Part shown: one piece after another, positions 1-10,517 of the stretch | How the letters are laid out: each line of letters starts with the position of its first letter | How positions within the stretch are numbered: the first letter of the stretch is position 1 | DNA from: an uncultured Gammaproteobacteria bacterium | GTDB taxonomy: Bacteria > Pseudomonadota > Gammaproteobacteria > UBA4575 | Length of the DNA: 64,000 nt | NCBI GenBank assembly: GCA_963976865.1 | Contig: CAXBLY010000003.1 | Coordinates: forward strand, 11,154-75,153 | Direction: 5' to 3' | Position numbers and translations under genes: made by a program | The notes under the pieces: generated by a model | Seen by the model: the letters and a program-made list of their open reading frames with translations, nothing else | Databases searched by the model: none | What the model was told of the DNA's origin: nothing

Positions 1-450
1 GCCATGAAAATGTCGATGACAGGAACATTTCAGTATGCAAGGCATTTGCCGCCTGTACCTATGTCAGATTTTAATGTCTTTCACCGTTATTCGGCAAATT
101 ACCCATGGGTGAGTCATGCGCAATGGTTTATCAGCCAAATGTTACGTTGGGGCCAAATTGAAAGTTCTTTGTCAATCTCAGAGTTAGCTGCGAATGTTTA
201 TCGTCCGGATATTTACGTTAGAGCAGCAAATGAATTAGACATTGCTCATCCATTATCCAGTACGAAGAGTGAAGGGAACCATAGCAATAATTGGCAACTG
301 GATAATTCGGTAGGGAATGTCGCTATGGGACCAGATGAGTTCTTTGATCACCGTATATTTAATCCATCACAAGTCATAGATTATATATACGATTTTGATA
401 TTTTAGCACCGCGAGTATCAAAGCAGGAATTAGTAGAAGCCAATGTATAA
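1..450 (+). CDS. 3' end of an NrtA/NasS-like nitrate-binding protein gene, truncated by the window edge. It could be a periplasmic NrtA or a cytoplasmic NasS-type sensor.
   Basis: The C-terminal 148 aa align with the C-terminus of the full NrtA at 5367..6782 (motifs SMTGTF, DFNVF.RY, W.xxQMxRWGQIE, VY.PDIY). The reading frame is open back to base 1. Confidence 0.6.
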   Translation, partial: AMKMSMTGTFQYARHLPPVPMSDFNVFHRYSANYPWVSHAQWFISQMLRWGQIESSLSISELAANVYRPDIYVRAANELDIAHPLSSTKSEGNHSNNWQLDNSVGNVAMGPDEFFDHRIFNPSQVIDYIYDFDILAPRVSKQELVEANV

Positions 451-626
451 ATATAAAAATATGGGGAAGAATAATTAATGAATATAAACTTTGAAATTTC
501 TGATGTTGGTATCGCAATCATTAGCCCTGTAGTAGAGATAATTAATACATGCATATATGACTGCAATTTCAATATTAATAATCATTAACATGTTATTTTA
601 AGATATCAATAATTCAGAGATACGCT

Positions 627-2813
627 ATGTTATTCGGAAGGAACAGTAAAAACCCAATTAAGATAACAGACAAGGGTGTTGTTACATGGAAATACGCTAC
701 CTGTGGTTATTGTTCTACAGGATGCTCAATTGAAATTGGCCTGGATAAAAAGGGAGAACCGGTAACATCAAGAGGAGTCTCTGATGCTGATGTTAACCGT
801 GGGAAATTATGTATTAAAGGGATATACGAACATGAGCTATTTCGTAAAACAAAAGGGCGAGGTAACAAGCCTCTTGTTCGTGATAATCGTTGGGATGAAT
901 TTGAAGAAACAAGCTGGAATGATGCGCTCGAGAAGACAGCTAGCCAAATAAAAAATATTCAACAAAAACATGGTCGTGATGCTTTTGCAATTGTATCGAC
1001 AGGCCAGATAATGACGGAAGAATTTTATACCCTGGGAAAATTAGCTCGTGGTGTGATTGGTACCAATAACTATGATGGCAATACGACACTATGTATGTCC
1101 TCTGCTGTCTCAGGCTATAAACGCTCATTTGGATCTGACGGTCCACCGGGATGTTATGAGGACTTTGAACATACTGAATGTCTGTTGGCCTTTGGATCAA
1201 ATTTACCTGAACAGCATCCAATAATTTACTGGCGCTTGATGGACGTGCGCGAAAAACGCAAATTTCCATTAATAGTTGTTGATCCTCGCGTCACTATGTT
1301 TGCCCAACAGGCCGATATACATTTAGCTATCAAACCTGGTACTGATCTAGTACTGCTAAATGCTTTGGCGCATGTGATATTACAAGAGAATTCACATGAC
1401 CAAGAATATATTAAACGGCACACCCAGGGATTTGATGAATTTTCCAAACTGGTCTCACAATATGACCCTGTCACTGCATCAAAAATATGTGGAATAGATG
1501 AAGATACTATAAGACATGTAGCTCGTGTGTATGCAGAAGCAGGTGCAGCAATGTCTATTTGGACGATGGGTATTAATCAGAGTACACATGGATCAGATGG
1601 TGTAGCAGCGATTAATAATTTACATTTGATCACCGGAAATATTGGTAAACCAGGGGCATCTTCACTTTCTATCACGGGTCAATGTAACGCCATGGGAACG
1701 CGCGAATGGTCATCATGTTCAGGATTACCAGGTTATCGTGCCCTGGAAAGTGAACAAGACCGTCTTGAAATTTCCCAGTTTTGGGGAGTAGACCCTGAAT
1801 TTTTTCCTAAACAACGCGGTATGTTTATGACGGACATTCTACCTGCGATTGAAACTGGGCAGATCAAGGGTTTATGGTTGGTGGCTACTAACCCAATGAC
1901 GTCAATGGCGAATACTACACGTATACGTAAAACATTAGAAAAGCTGGATTTCCTTGTTGTTCAGGATGCTTATTCAGATGTTGAAACGAATCAGTACAGC
2001 CATGTTTATCTACCCGCGGCTATTTGGGCTGAGAAAGAGGGGTGTTTCACTAACACAGAAAGACGCGTCAATATTATTCGCAATGTATGCGAGCCACATG
2101 GTGATTCAAAAACTGACTTGTGGATATTTAATCAAATGGCAAAGCACTTTGAGCGAGGAAAAAAAGTGATATTTCCTGAATCTGCAGAAGGTGTATTTGA
2201 AGAATTAAAAACATTATCAAGGGGTCGTATGCTGGACTATTCTGGCATGACCTACGAGAAGATTGAGCAGTCTCGTGGTATTCAATGGCCATGCAATGAA
2301 GAAAATGCTCCGCAAGGTACGCAGCGCCTATATACCGATGGTGTCTTTCAAACATCTACGGGAAAAGCAAATTTACTGGCATTACCATTTATTGATAATA
2401 ATGAACGTCCAGATAAAGACTATCCTTTCTGGTTGAATACAGGTCGAGTTGTAGAGCATTTTCATACGCGCACTCGTACTGGGAAAGTAGCAAATGGTAA
2501 TAAATTTAGTCCTACTCCATATATGGAAATGAACCCAGATGCTGCAACTAAATTAGATATTAAGCATGGTACGTATGTGCGTTTAACTTCTCGTCGAGGA
2601 GACGCTATCGTTATGGTTCAGTTAACACAACGAGTGGCGAAAGACTCAGTATTTGTCCCCTTTCATTTTCATGAGTGTGTCAATCGTCTTGCGCTGGGGT
2701 TATTAGATCCGCATTCGCGTCAGCCTGCCTATAAACAAAGTGCTGTGTGTGTGGAAAGAATTGAAGATCAACAGGATGCTGCACAAAAAAATTCTATGGC
2801 GAGGTCTTATTAA
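627..2813 (+). CDS. nasA: Assimilatory nitrate reductase catalytic subunit (NasA/NarB-type molybdopterin oxidoreductase)
   Basis: 728 aa. N-terminal C-x2-C-x3-C [4Fe-4S] motif (CGYCSTGCSIEIG) with no Tat signal. MopB-family motifs throughout. Sits between NrtA-like genes, and its stop overlaps the next start (TAATG). Confidence 0.75.
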   Translation: MLFGRNSKNPIKITDKGVVTWKYATCGYCSTGCSIEIGLDKKGEPVTSRGVSDADVNRGKLCIKGIYEHELFRKTKGRGNKPLVRDNRWDEFEETSWNDALEKTASQIKNIQQKHGRDAFAIVSTGQIMTEEFYTLGKLARGVIGTNNYDGNTTLCMSSAVSGYKRSFGSDGPPGCYEDFEHTECLLAFGSNLPEQHPIIYWRLMDVREKRKFPLIVVDPRVTMFAQQADIHLAIKPGTDLVLLNALAHVILQENSHDQEYIKRHTQGFDEFSKLVSQYDPVTASKICGIDEDTIRHVARVYAEAGAAMSIWTMGINQSTHGSDGVAAINNLHLITGNIGKPGASSLSITGQCNAMGTREWSSCSGLPGYRALESEQDRLEISQFWGVDPEFFPKQRGMFMTDILPAIETGQIKGLWLVATNPMTSMANTTRIRKTLEKLDFLVVQDAYSDVETNQYSHVYLPAAIWAEKEGCFTNTERRVNIIRNVCEPHGDSKTDLWIFNQMAKHFERGKKVIFPESAEGVFEELKTLSRGRMLDYSGMTYEKIEQSRGIQWPCNEENAPQGTQRLYTDGVFQTSTGKANLLALPFIDNNERPDKDYPFWLNTGRVVEHFHTRTRTGKVANGNKFSPTPYMEMNPDAATKLDIKHGTYVRLTSRRGDAIVMVQLTQRVAKDSVFVPFHFHECVNRLALGLLDPHSRQPAYKQSAVCVERIEDQQDAAQKNSMARSY

Positions 2814-4648
2814 TGTACAAATATCTGCGATCCAGCGAACATGATTATGCGTTAATTAAAAAGGCTGGTCACCCTGAAAAGAATTGCTATAACCATCCGA
2901 TAGAAACTGTTCCTGAAGGTAGTGAGCTTAGGGATAAGAGTCTTCATATCAATCATGATGATGGGATTGGTGATAGTCCAGATCGTTACAAACAGCATGG
3001 CTTTTATTTTGCAGCAGATAACTGTATTGCCTGCCATGCATGTGAGGCTGCATGTTCCGAGAAAAATGATCTGCCTTCACATATTGCCTTTAGGTCCGTT
3101 GGTTATGTCGAAGGTGGATCTTACCCATCTTACAGTCGTCTGAATATATCAATGGCGTGTAATCATTGTGATGACCCCGTATGTTTAAAAGGCTGCCCAA
3201 CGCGTGCTTATACCAAATTTGCTGAATATGGTGCGGTATTGCAAGATCCGGATATTTGTTTCGGTTGTGGTTACTGCACCTGGGTTTGTCCATACAATGC
3301 ACCACAGCTTGATCATGAGGCAGGTCAAGTTGAAAAATGCAATATGTGTGTCGATCGACTGGAAGTAGGGTTAAAACCAGCCTGTGTTTCTGCCTGCCTG
3401 GCAGGCGCATTGGACTTTGGTGTAATAGAAACTATGCCCGAGAACAGGTCACAGCTGGAGACAACGATCCCAGGCTTCCCTACCAGTGATATAACTCACC
3501 CTAATATTCGTTTTCAGCAAACCAGAAGCTTGCCTAATGAGATGAAACGAACGGATAGTATGCCTATTCGTTATGAAAAAAATATGCAAGGTGATTATCA
3601 ACCTGAAGTCGATGAAAGGTCGCACGTCGTGCAATGGGGCTTGAAAAAGTTAAGTACACGTGAAAACCCTTTAGTTGTCTTCACGCTAATTTCACAGCTA
3701 GTGGTAGGCGCATTTATATTTTTATTTGCCGGACCTGAACTGGGTATAACAACCATTACAGCAACCGATAATCCTGTTGTTTGGTCATTATTGTTATTTG
3801 CCTTAATTGGTGCGCAAACACTCGCGCTAGTTATGTCGACGATGCACCTTGGTAAACCACATCGTTTTTATCGAGCATTTAATAATTTGAGATATTCGCC
3901 TGTGAGTCGTGAAGTAGCAGGTATTGCTGTATTTTATAACTTTCTTGGAGCTTACACATTATTAACAGGCTTACCTGTATTATTCACGTGGATGCCCGAT
4001 GCAGCGTTATCTGTCCTCATTAGTATTTCTGGTTGGGGAGCCACGCTATCCGGATTAGTAGCGCTATATTTTATGCATGCCATTTATCGTATACCTGCAC
4101 GTCCATACTGGAATCACTGGTCTGTCTTAAATGCTTTCTACGGGTCCATGATGTCATTAGGTCCATTACTGGTTGGCAGTTTATATTTATTAATAACTAT
4201 GTTTACTCACTCGGGAATTGTTGGTGCACTCAATAGCATTGCACTAATAATAGGGATAGGGTTAAGCATAGAACTAATCGGACTAATTCTGCATGCACGC
4301 TACTTGAAGAGTCATGCTGGCGAAGCTGAAGCGTCTCATCATCAACAGACTACACAATTTGGTAAAACGTATTGGCTTAGAAATAGTTTATTGATGCTTT
4401 CAACCCTCATGATGTTTATGTTAAGCGTGATTAATATTGACACGAATGCTGCAATATTGTGCTGGTGGATAGCCACTATTATGATAATTGTCTCTGCAAT
4501 ACTGGGGAGAAGTCTGTTTTATGCCTTAGTCATACCAACAACCATGCCTGGTGCTTTCTTCTGGAAAAACAAAGGTTTTGAAGAACATGCAAGAGAAACA
4601 GGACTTGCTAGCCGAACAGAAGCAGGTGTGCTTGTTAATGTGCATTAA
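2813..4648 (+). CDS. Fusion of a DmsB/NrfC-like 4x[4Fe-4S] ferredoxin domain with a polytopic DmsC/NrfD-like membrane anchor. Putative electron-transfer partner of the nitrate reductase.
   Basis: 611 aa. Four Cys clusters (CIACHACEAAC, CNHCDDPVCLKGCP, CFGCGYCTWVCP, CNMCVDRL...CVSAC). The C-terminal ~330 aa carry about 8 hydrophobic helices. ATG overlaps the nasA stop. Confidence 0.65.
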   Translation: MYKYLRSSEHDYALIKKAGHPEKNCYNHPIETVPEGSELRDKSLHINHDDGIGDSPDRYKQHGFYFAADNCIACHACEAACSEKNDLPSHIAFRSVGYVEGGSYPSYSRLNISMACNHCDDPVCLKGCPTRAYTKFAEYGAVLQDPDICFGCGYCTWVCPYNAPQLDHEAGQVEKCNMCVDRLEVGLKPACVSACLAGALDFGVIETMPENRSQLETTIPGFPTSDITHPNIRFQQTRSLPNEMKRTDSMPIRYEKNMQGDYQPEVDERSHVVQWGLKKLSTRENPLVVFTLISQLVVGAFIFLFAGPELGITTITATDNPVVWSLLLFALIGAQTLALVMSTMHLGKPHRFYRAFNNLRYSPVSREVAGIAVFYNFLGAYTLLTGLPVLFTWMPDAALSVLISISGWGATLSGLVALYFMHAIYRIPARPYWNHWSVLNAFYGSMMSLGPLLVGSLYLLITMFTHSGIVGALNSIALIIGIGLSIELIGLILHARYLKSHAGEAEASHHQQTTQFGKTYWLRNSLLMLSTLMMFMLSVINIDTNAAILCWWIATIMIIVSAILGRSLFYALVIPTTMPGAFFWKNKGFEEHARETGLASRTEAGVLVNVH

Positions 4649-4669
4649 GCTAAATGTTGCAATAAATCT

Positions 4670-5041
4670 GTGCGAACACCATATATATCATCTAAAAAAT
4701 TATCAGAAATTGATAGTGAATTTGAAATGGGCGTGTTTGTGGTTACCTATCGGTCAAAAAAACAAAGGCTGCGCAGAAAGTTTGCTGCACTGATTCTTGC
4801 CCTCAAGCATGGGCTGAGAGGGTTCCTGTTTAGTTGGCCCCTGTATCTTCTCCCGTTCTCGGTGCTGGCAATGCCAGATCAATATAAATATCTGTTTATC
4901 ATATTTTCGTTGCCAGGTTTATATGTCTCTTTCATTATCTTAAAAAAAGGTATTGTTGAAGATTATTTGGAATTCGTCTCTGATCGCTTGCTAAATGATG
5001 GTTATGCCAACATGTTGCTATTTAATACATCACGGCATTAA
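4670..5041 (+). CDS. Hypothetical small membrane protein (weak call)
   Basis: 123-aa ORF with hydrophobic segments. GTG start with no clear RBS. It lies between the Fe-S protein gene and the nrtA leader. Confidence 0.2.
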   Translation: MRTPYISSKKLSEIDSEFEMGVFVVTYRSKKQRLRRKFAALILALKHGLRGFLFSWPLYLLPFSVLAMPDQYKYLFIIFSLPGLYVSFIILKKGIVEDYLEFVSDRLLNDGYANMLLFNTSRH

Positions 5042-5256
5042 GTGATACCAATTTTATAACGAAAGATTACAGTGCATATGAAAATTACTTGCACTAAGTA
5101 GGGGCGAGAATATATTAATGGAAAATACTATATTAAAAAATACTAATAAAAACAATCAGTTACAATTTTATAATACTTGGCAAGCTATTTGCTAATTTAC
5201 TAGTCAAGGTAAGTTAAAAAAACATATATAGAAATAATTGCGTACACCAATGAGGG

Positions 5257-5324
5257 TGTGACGCAATAACGACAAAGGCGTCATCGTGTTCCAGTACTTA
5301 GGAAGCACGTTGACGCCTTTTTTT
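5257..5324 (+). promoter_or_regulatory. 5' leader attenuator of the nrtA operon: an intrinsic terminator hairpin plus an overlapping alternative (antiterminator) hairpin
   Basis: Terminator: GGCGTCATCGTG (5277-5288) pairs with CACGTTGACGCC (5306-5317), followed by TTTTTTT (5318-5324). About 40 nt upstream of the nrtA RBS. The upstream hairpin TGACGC (5259-5264) / GCGTCA (5278-5283) shares the 5' arm of the terminator. Confidence 0.6.
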
Positions 5325-5366
5325 ATGGCCAATAATTTTATGGAATTCAATCCAAGGAGAGTATCT

Positions 5367-6782
5367 ATGAATCATGTTTGCAATTCACTCGCGCCAGCAA
5401 TGAATAACGTAATGGGGTATACCAAACATTACTTGATGGGTGCATTGATTGTTATGAGCATGATAATTGCTCATCATGCTTATGCTGAAAATCTTGGATA
5501 CCCGGAAAAAGAAGAGCTTAAATTTGGATTTATTAAATTAACAGATATGGCACCAATTGCCATAGCTTATGAAAAAGGTTATTTCGAAGATGAAGGCCTG
5601 TATGTCACAGTAGAGGCTCAGGCAAACTGGAAAGTATTGCTTGATGGTGTGATTGACGGGCAACTAGACGGTGCACATATGCTTGCTGGTCAACCAATCG
5701 CAGCCACAATGGGATTCGGTACTAAAGCACATATCATTACACCATTCTCAATGGACTTGAATGGCAACGGCATTACAGTTTCAAATGAGATATGGAAACA
5801 AATGAAACCTAATATTCCAACAATGGATGATGGAAGACCTCAACATCCTATTAAGGCAGATGCGTTAAAGCCTGTTGTAGAAAAGTATAAGAATGAGGGT
5901 AAACCTTTTAATATGGGAATGGTATTTCCTGTGTCTACTCATAACTACGAATTACGTTACTGGCTAGCAGCAGGTGGAATTCATCCAGGTTACTATGCTC
6001 CCCATAAGGGCGACATATCAGGGCAAATAGATGCAGATGCATTATTATCTGTAACGCCACCCCCACAGATGCCAGCAACCTTGGAGGCAGGAACAATTTA
6101 TGGCTATTGTGTGGGTGAACCATGGAATCAGCAAGCAGTTTTCAAGGGTATTGGTGTGCCTGTAATAACTGACTACGAGATTTGGAAGGATAACCCGGAA
6201 AAAGTATTTGGAATTACCGCTGAATTCGCAGAAAAGTATCCCAATACCACTATCAGAATTGTTCGCGCTATGATTCGTGCGGCAATGTGGTTGGATCACA
6301 ATGATAATGCTAACCGCCCTGAGGCGGTAAAAATATTATCACAGTCAAATTATGTAGGTGCTGATTACGATGTGATTGCAAATAGTATGACAGGTACTTT
6401 TGAATATGAAAAAGGTGATAAGCGTGAAGTACCAGACTTTAATGTCTTTTTTAGATACAACGCGACATATCCATATTACTCCGATGCAATTTGGTATCTA
6501 ACTCAAATGCGCCGTTGGGGACAAATCGAAGAAGACAAATCTGACAGTTGGTATAAAGAAATGGCTGCTAAAGTTTACAAGCCTGATATTTATAAAAAAG
6601 CGGCAATGACATTAATCGATGAAGGGTTAGCGAAGGCTAAAGACTTCCCGGACTTTGCTACTGAAGATGGATATAAAGAACCTCAAAATGAATTTATCGA
6701 TGACATCACATTTGATGGTAAAAAACCCAATGAATACATCGATCAATTCCCAATTGGCCTAAAGTCAGGCGATAAAATTTAG
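5367..6782 (+). CDS. nrtA: Nitrate/nitrite ABC transporter periplasmic substrate-binding protein
   Basis: AGGAGA RBS 7 nt before ATG 5367. Signal peptide ([17 protein letters not shown]). NrtA/CmpA-family motifs. Followed by permease and ATPase genes. Confidence 0.8.
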   Translation: MNHVCNSLAPAMNNVMGYTKHYLMGALIVMSMIIAHHAYAENLGYPEKEELKFGFIKLTDMAPIAIAYEKGYFEDEGLYVTVEAQANWKVLLDGVIDGQLDGAHMLAGQPIAATMGFGTKAHIITPFSMDLNGNGITVSNEIWKQMKPNIPTMDDGRPQHPIKADALKPVVEKYKNEGKPFNMGMVFPVSTHNYELRYWLAAGGIHPGYYAPHKGDISGQIDADALLSVTPPPQMPATLEAGTIYGYCVGEPWNQQAVFKGIGVPVITDYEIWKDNPEKVFGITAEFAEKYPNTTIRIVRAMIRAAMWLDHNDNANRPEAVKILSQSNYVGADYDVIANSMTGTFEYEKGDKREVPDFNVFFRYNATYPYYSDAIWYLTQMRRWGQIEEDKSDSWYKEMAAKVYKPDIYKKAAMTLIDEGLAKAKDFPDFATEDGYKEPQNEFIDDITFDGKKPNEYIDQFPIGLKSGDKI

Positions 6783-6812
6783 ATAATTAACAAAGTTTTG
6801 AAGGAAGTATAC

Positions 6813-7808
6813 ATGAGCGCTGCAACCTCTTTATCGACCAAACTGAATATGACAAACATTTCACCAAGAATCTCTGGTGTCATTGCCAATTCGCTGAAAA
6901 ATTTAGTGATACCTCTGGTGGGTATTGTATTATTTTTAGCTTTCTGGTCAGTTGCGGCCTCTAATATCAATACATCATTGGGAAAATTTCCTGGGCCAAA
7001 TTCTGTATGGACACAATTAAATTCCTTGTATGTAGAACATAGGGAAGAAAGAAAAAAAGAAACAGCATTTTATCAGCGTCAGGAAAAGAGAAATGCAGAG
7101 CGTGTTTCTCAAGACCCGGGTTACAAACCAAAGATTAGGGCATATACAGGAAAAGAAACATTTTTAGACCAAATTGTAACAAGTCTGGTGACAGTGATGA
7201 GCGGGTTTTTACTCGCGGCCATTATTGCTATTCCATTAGGAATAGCAATAGGCTTGAGTAAAACGCTAAATACTGCTTTTAATCCTGTCATTCAAATATT
7301 TAAACCAGTTTCTCCGTTAGCATGGTTACCATTGGTCACCATGGTTGTCAGTGCCCTTTATGCTACGCCTGATCCGGTGATACCAAAATCATTCCTGACT
7401 TCGATGATTACGGTAACACTCTGTTGTTTATGGCCAATGATTATCAACACTTCGGTTGGTGTCGCATCTATTAATTCGGACTTGGTTAATGTGAGTCGCG
7501 TGTTGCGTTTACCCGCATTAAAGCATGCGCAAAAAATTGTTTTGCCAGCATCTGTTCCGATGATATTTACTGGTATGCGCACATCACTGGGTATTGCCTG
7601 GATGGTACTAATTGCAGCTGAAATGCTCGCACAAAATCCTGGATTAGGGAAATTTGTTTGGGATGAATTTCAAAATGGAAGCTCGGATTCTCTAGGGAGA
7701 ATTATGGCTGCAGTGATAGTTATCGGTGTGATTGGCTTCATATTAGATCGTTCAATGTTACAGATTCAAAAATATGTATCCTGGGATAAAGCGACTGCAA
7801 GTCGATAA
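6813..7808 (+). CDS. nrtB: Nitrate ABC transporter permease
   Basis: Polytopic membrane protein with a BPD-transporter signature (EAA-like loop ...AAEML). RBS GAAGGAAG 5 nt before ATG 6813. Confidence 0.8.
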   Translation: MSAATSLSTKLNMTNISPRISGVIANSLKNLVIPLVGIVLFLAFWSVAASNINTSLGKFPGPNSVWTQLNSLYVEHREERKKETAFYQRQEKRNAERVSQDPGYKPKIRAYTGKETFLDQIVTSLVTVMSGFLLAAIIAIPLGIAIGLSKTLNTAFNPVIQIFKPVSPLAWLPLVTMVVSALYATPDPVIPKSFLTSMITVTLCCLWPMIINTSVGVASINSDLVNVSRVLRLPALKHAQKIVLPASVPMIFTGMRTSLGIAWMVLIAAEMLAQNPGLGKFVWDEFQNGSSDSLGRIMAAVIVIGVIGFILDRSMLQIQKYVSWDKATASR

Positions 7809-7845
7809 ATTTAATTACATACAACATAGTAAATGGAATCAAGTC

Positions 7846-8691
7846 ATGAGTGAGTTACTAAACATTAGTAGTGTGGATATGGTATTTCCAACACCTAAAG
7901 GAGAATTTACAGCCTTAACAGATATCAATTTAAAAATTGATAGAGGAGAATTTGTAACCTTGATAGGCCATTCTGGATGTGGAAAATCAACAGTGCTAAA
8001 TATTGTTGCAGGTCTTCATCAGGCAACATCTGGAGGCGTGATCCTTAATGATAGAGAAGTGACAGAACCCGGGCCGGAGAGAGCAGTGGTGTTTCAGAAT
8101 CACTCATTGCTTCCCTGGTTAACTGCCTATGAGAATGTTGAACTTGCAGTGAAACAAGTGTTTAGTAAAACCAAATCCAAGGCGGAAATGAAAGAATGGA
8201 TTGAGCATAACTTGCATTTAGTGCATATGGATCATGCTATGCATAAGCGCCCGGATGAGATCTCTGGAGGCATGAAACAACGTGTTGGTATTGCAAGAGC
8301 GTTGTCAATGCAACCTGAAATATTATTAATGGACGAACCATTCGGTGCGTTAGATGCGCTGACACGTGCACATATGCAAGACTCATTAATGGAGATTCAG
8401 AATGAACTCAATAATACAGTGATTATGATCACGCATGATGTTGATGAGGCTGTACTACTTTCCGATCGTATTGTAATGATGACCAATGGTCCTTCGGCCA
8501 CGATTGGTGAAATTTTGCCCATAAATCTGGAAAGACCAAGAGACAGGGTAAGCTTGGCGAGTGAACCAGAATATATTAAGTTAAGACAAGCAGTGCTTGC
8601 ATTCTTATATGAAAAGCAGCGAAAAATTGAAAGTATTAATACAAAAGAAAAAAGCAAGAGTAATCACGGATCAGAAGTAGCAGTAGCCTAG
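7846..8691 (+). CDS. Nitrate ABC transporter ATP-binding protein (NrtD/NasD-like)
   Basis: Walker A GHSGCGKST, ABC signature LSGGMKQR, Walker B LLMDEPF. Start chosen at the internal ATG (MSELLNISS), which avoids overlap with nrtB. Confidence 0.8.
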   Translation: MSELLNISSVDMVFPTPKGEFTALTDINLKIDRGEFVTLIGHSGCGKSTVLNIVAGLHQATSGGVILNDREVTEPGPERAVVFQNHSLLPWLTAYENVELAVKQVFSKTKSKAEMKEWIEHNLHLVHMDHAMHKRPDEISGGMKQRVGIARALSMQPEILLMDEPFGALDALTRAHMQDSLMEIQNELNNTVIMITHDVDEAVLLSDRIVMMTNGPSATIGEILPINLERPRDRVSLASEPEYIKLRQAVLAFLYEKQRKIESINTKEKSKSNHGSEVAVA

Positions 8692-8969
8692 TGCTATATC
8701 GTTATAACGCTCAACAAGATCAAATGTCTGTAGATATAATCGACTATATTTAAATGATATAACTTACAACTATGGACTTTAAGGGCTAGATTGTGCCATT
8801 AATGTCATCAATGAAACTATCCCGGCCACATTATAGTCATTTGCTGTACTTGTGTTGCGAATATAAAAGTCCGGAATGAATAAAAAGAGCTAATTGCTGG
8901 CTGTATTAGTCATCAATATATAATAGCTTTGTATCCAGCGTTGAGAGTTATATGATTGTCTTGCACTGA

Positions 8970-10517
8970 CTAATATACATCTCGCAAGTAACGTTTGCTT
9001 TTAGCCATTGACTTTAAAAACTCATTGGCATCATGTTCATCCATGTTACCGTGCTCCTGAACGATTTTCTGTAGAGCATCATCAACATCTTTTGCCATTC
9101 TCTGTGCGTCACCGCATACGTAAAAGTAGGCGCCATCAGAAATCCATGACCAAATATCTTTTGCACATTCAAGCATACGATGCTGTACATAAATCTTATT
9201 ATCCTGATCGCGGGAAAATGCAGTGCTTAATTGGGTTAAACAACCAGTATCTACAAATTTCATCAACTCTTCTTTGTATAAAAAGTCACTCTCTTCATTA
9301 GGATTGCCAAAGAACAGCCAGTTTTTGCCGAGGTCACCACGCAGGCTGCGTTCATGCAAAAATGCCCTAAACGGTGCTACGCCAGTACCTGGGCCAACCA
9401 TGATTACAGGAGCATCACAGTCCTCTGGGAGTAAGAATTCATGAGTAGGCTGGATGTAAATGCGAACATATTCATCACTTTGAATGCGATGGGATAAAAA
9501 TGTAGATGCTACACCAACTCGATGACGGTCGCGTCTAGTGTATTCAACGACACCGACTGTGGCATGAACTTCGTCTGGGTGAGCTCGCAAAGTTGAAGAT
9601 ATTGAATAAAGGCGTGGCTGTAATTTGTCAAGTCGATGAACTAATTTTGAAGGATCAGTCTTTATACTTGTATAGTCTTCAAATAGTTCCAGTAAATCAC
9701 ATCCTTCATCAATGCCTTCTTCTGCTAGCGTTTTAAGCGCTAATTTTTCGTTTTCATTACTGGCACATTCGCTTAGATAGAGAATAGCATCGTCAGAGGG
9801 CTTAGTAATATCCAGGTAGTTGACGAGAAGATCGAATAAAGTATGTTCATAATTATCAAGTACGACAGTCAAATCTCCATCGACTTCTAAATGAGTAATA
9901 ATCTCTCTTGCTAATTCAGGCGGATTTTTAGGATAGATGCCTAAAGCATCTCCTGGTTGATATGTGATACCACTGTCAGCAAGGCTAATCTCTATATGAC
10001 GAATATCTTTACTGGAACCATTCGAAATGAGTGGTGTTACATGTTTAACTCTGGCTAAAAACGGGTTTTTACGATCATACTGAAAGTGTTTACTATTGTC
10101 TGATACTGAATTTATCTGAGATTCTGTTACTTCTTCGGTTGGCGCATTTGCCATTAAGCTCTTTAGTTGTTTTGAGGTTGGTCTGCCTCCAGGTGTACAT
10201 AATGTCAGCTCTGATTCTGCGCCTGTGACAATTGCTTCAGCATATGTTTTGCATAAGTATCCGCATTGTCCGCAATCTTGTTGTCCCATTACAGCCATCA
10301 CTTGCTGTTTAAATGGACGTTCTTTCGCCAGCTCTATGCGCTCTTCCAGTGGCAAAGTGTCATCATGCCATGGATAGTCTTCCTCTTCTAAGTCGATTGC
10401 TGTCGCTGTATCGGTAGTTGTGTTCTCAAGACCCATATAACCGACAAAGAAACCATTCAGCCATGCTCGCTGATCAGCACTAAACGGAGCATTTTCAGGA
10501 ATTATTTGTATCGTCAC
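8970..10517 (-). CDS. CysJ-like NADPH-dependent FAD reductase that lacks the flavodoxin (FMN) domain. Putative reductase partner of the sirohaem nitrite/sulfite reductase.
   Basis: C-terminal 380 aa align with the E. coli CysJ FNR module (RLYSISS, GPGTGVAPFRAF, C-terminal RYLRDVY). N-terminus has the CysJ-like AWLNGFF motif. A short CGQCGYLC segment sits where the flavodoxin domain would be. Confidence 0.7.
   Translation of the reverse strand: MTIQIIPENAPFSADQRAWLNGFFVGYMGLENTTTDTATAIDLEEEDYPWHDDTLPLEERIELAKERPFKQQVMAVMGQQDCGQCGYLCKTYAEAIVTGAESELTLCTPGGRPTSKQLKSLMANAPTEEVTESQINSVSDNSKHFQYDRKNPFLARVKHVTPLISNGSSKDIRHIEISLADSGITYQPGDALGIYPKNPPELAREIITHLEVDGDLTVVLDNYEHTLFDLLVNYLDITKPSDDAILYLSECASNENEKLALKTLAEEGIDEGCDLLELFEDYTSIKTDPSKLVHRLDKLQPRLYSISSTLRAHPDEVHATVGVVEYTRRDRHRVGVASTFLSHRIQSDEYVRIYIQPTHEFLLPEDCDAPVIMVGPGTGVAPFRAFLHERSLRGDLGKNWLFFGNPNEESDFLYKEELMKFVDTGCLTQLSTAFSRDQDNKIYVQHRMLECAKDIWSWISDGAYFYVCGDAQRMAKDVDDALQKIVQEHGNMDEHDANEFLKSMAKSKRYLRDVY

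Noticed and set aside
5286-5366. N-terminal extension of the nrtA ORF ([13 protein letters not shown]...)
   Set aside because: It would begin inside the terminator hairpin/U-tract. A strong AGGAGA RBS and the signal peptide favour the ATG at 5367.
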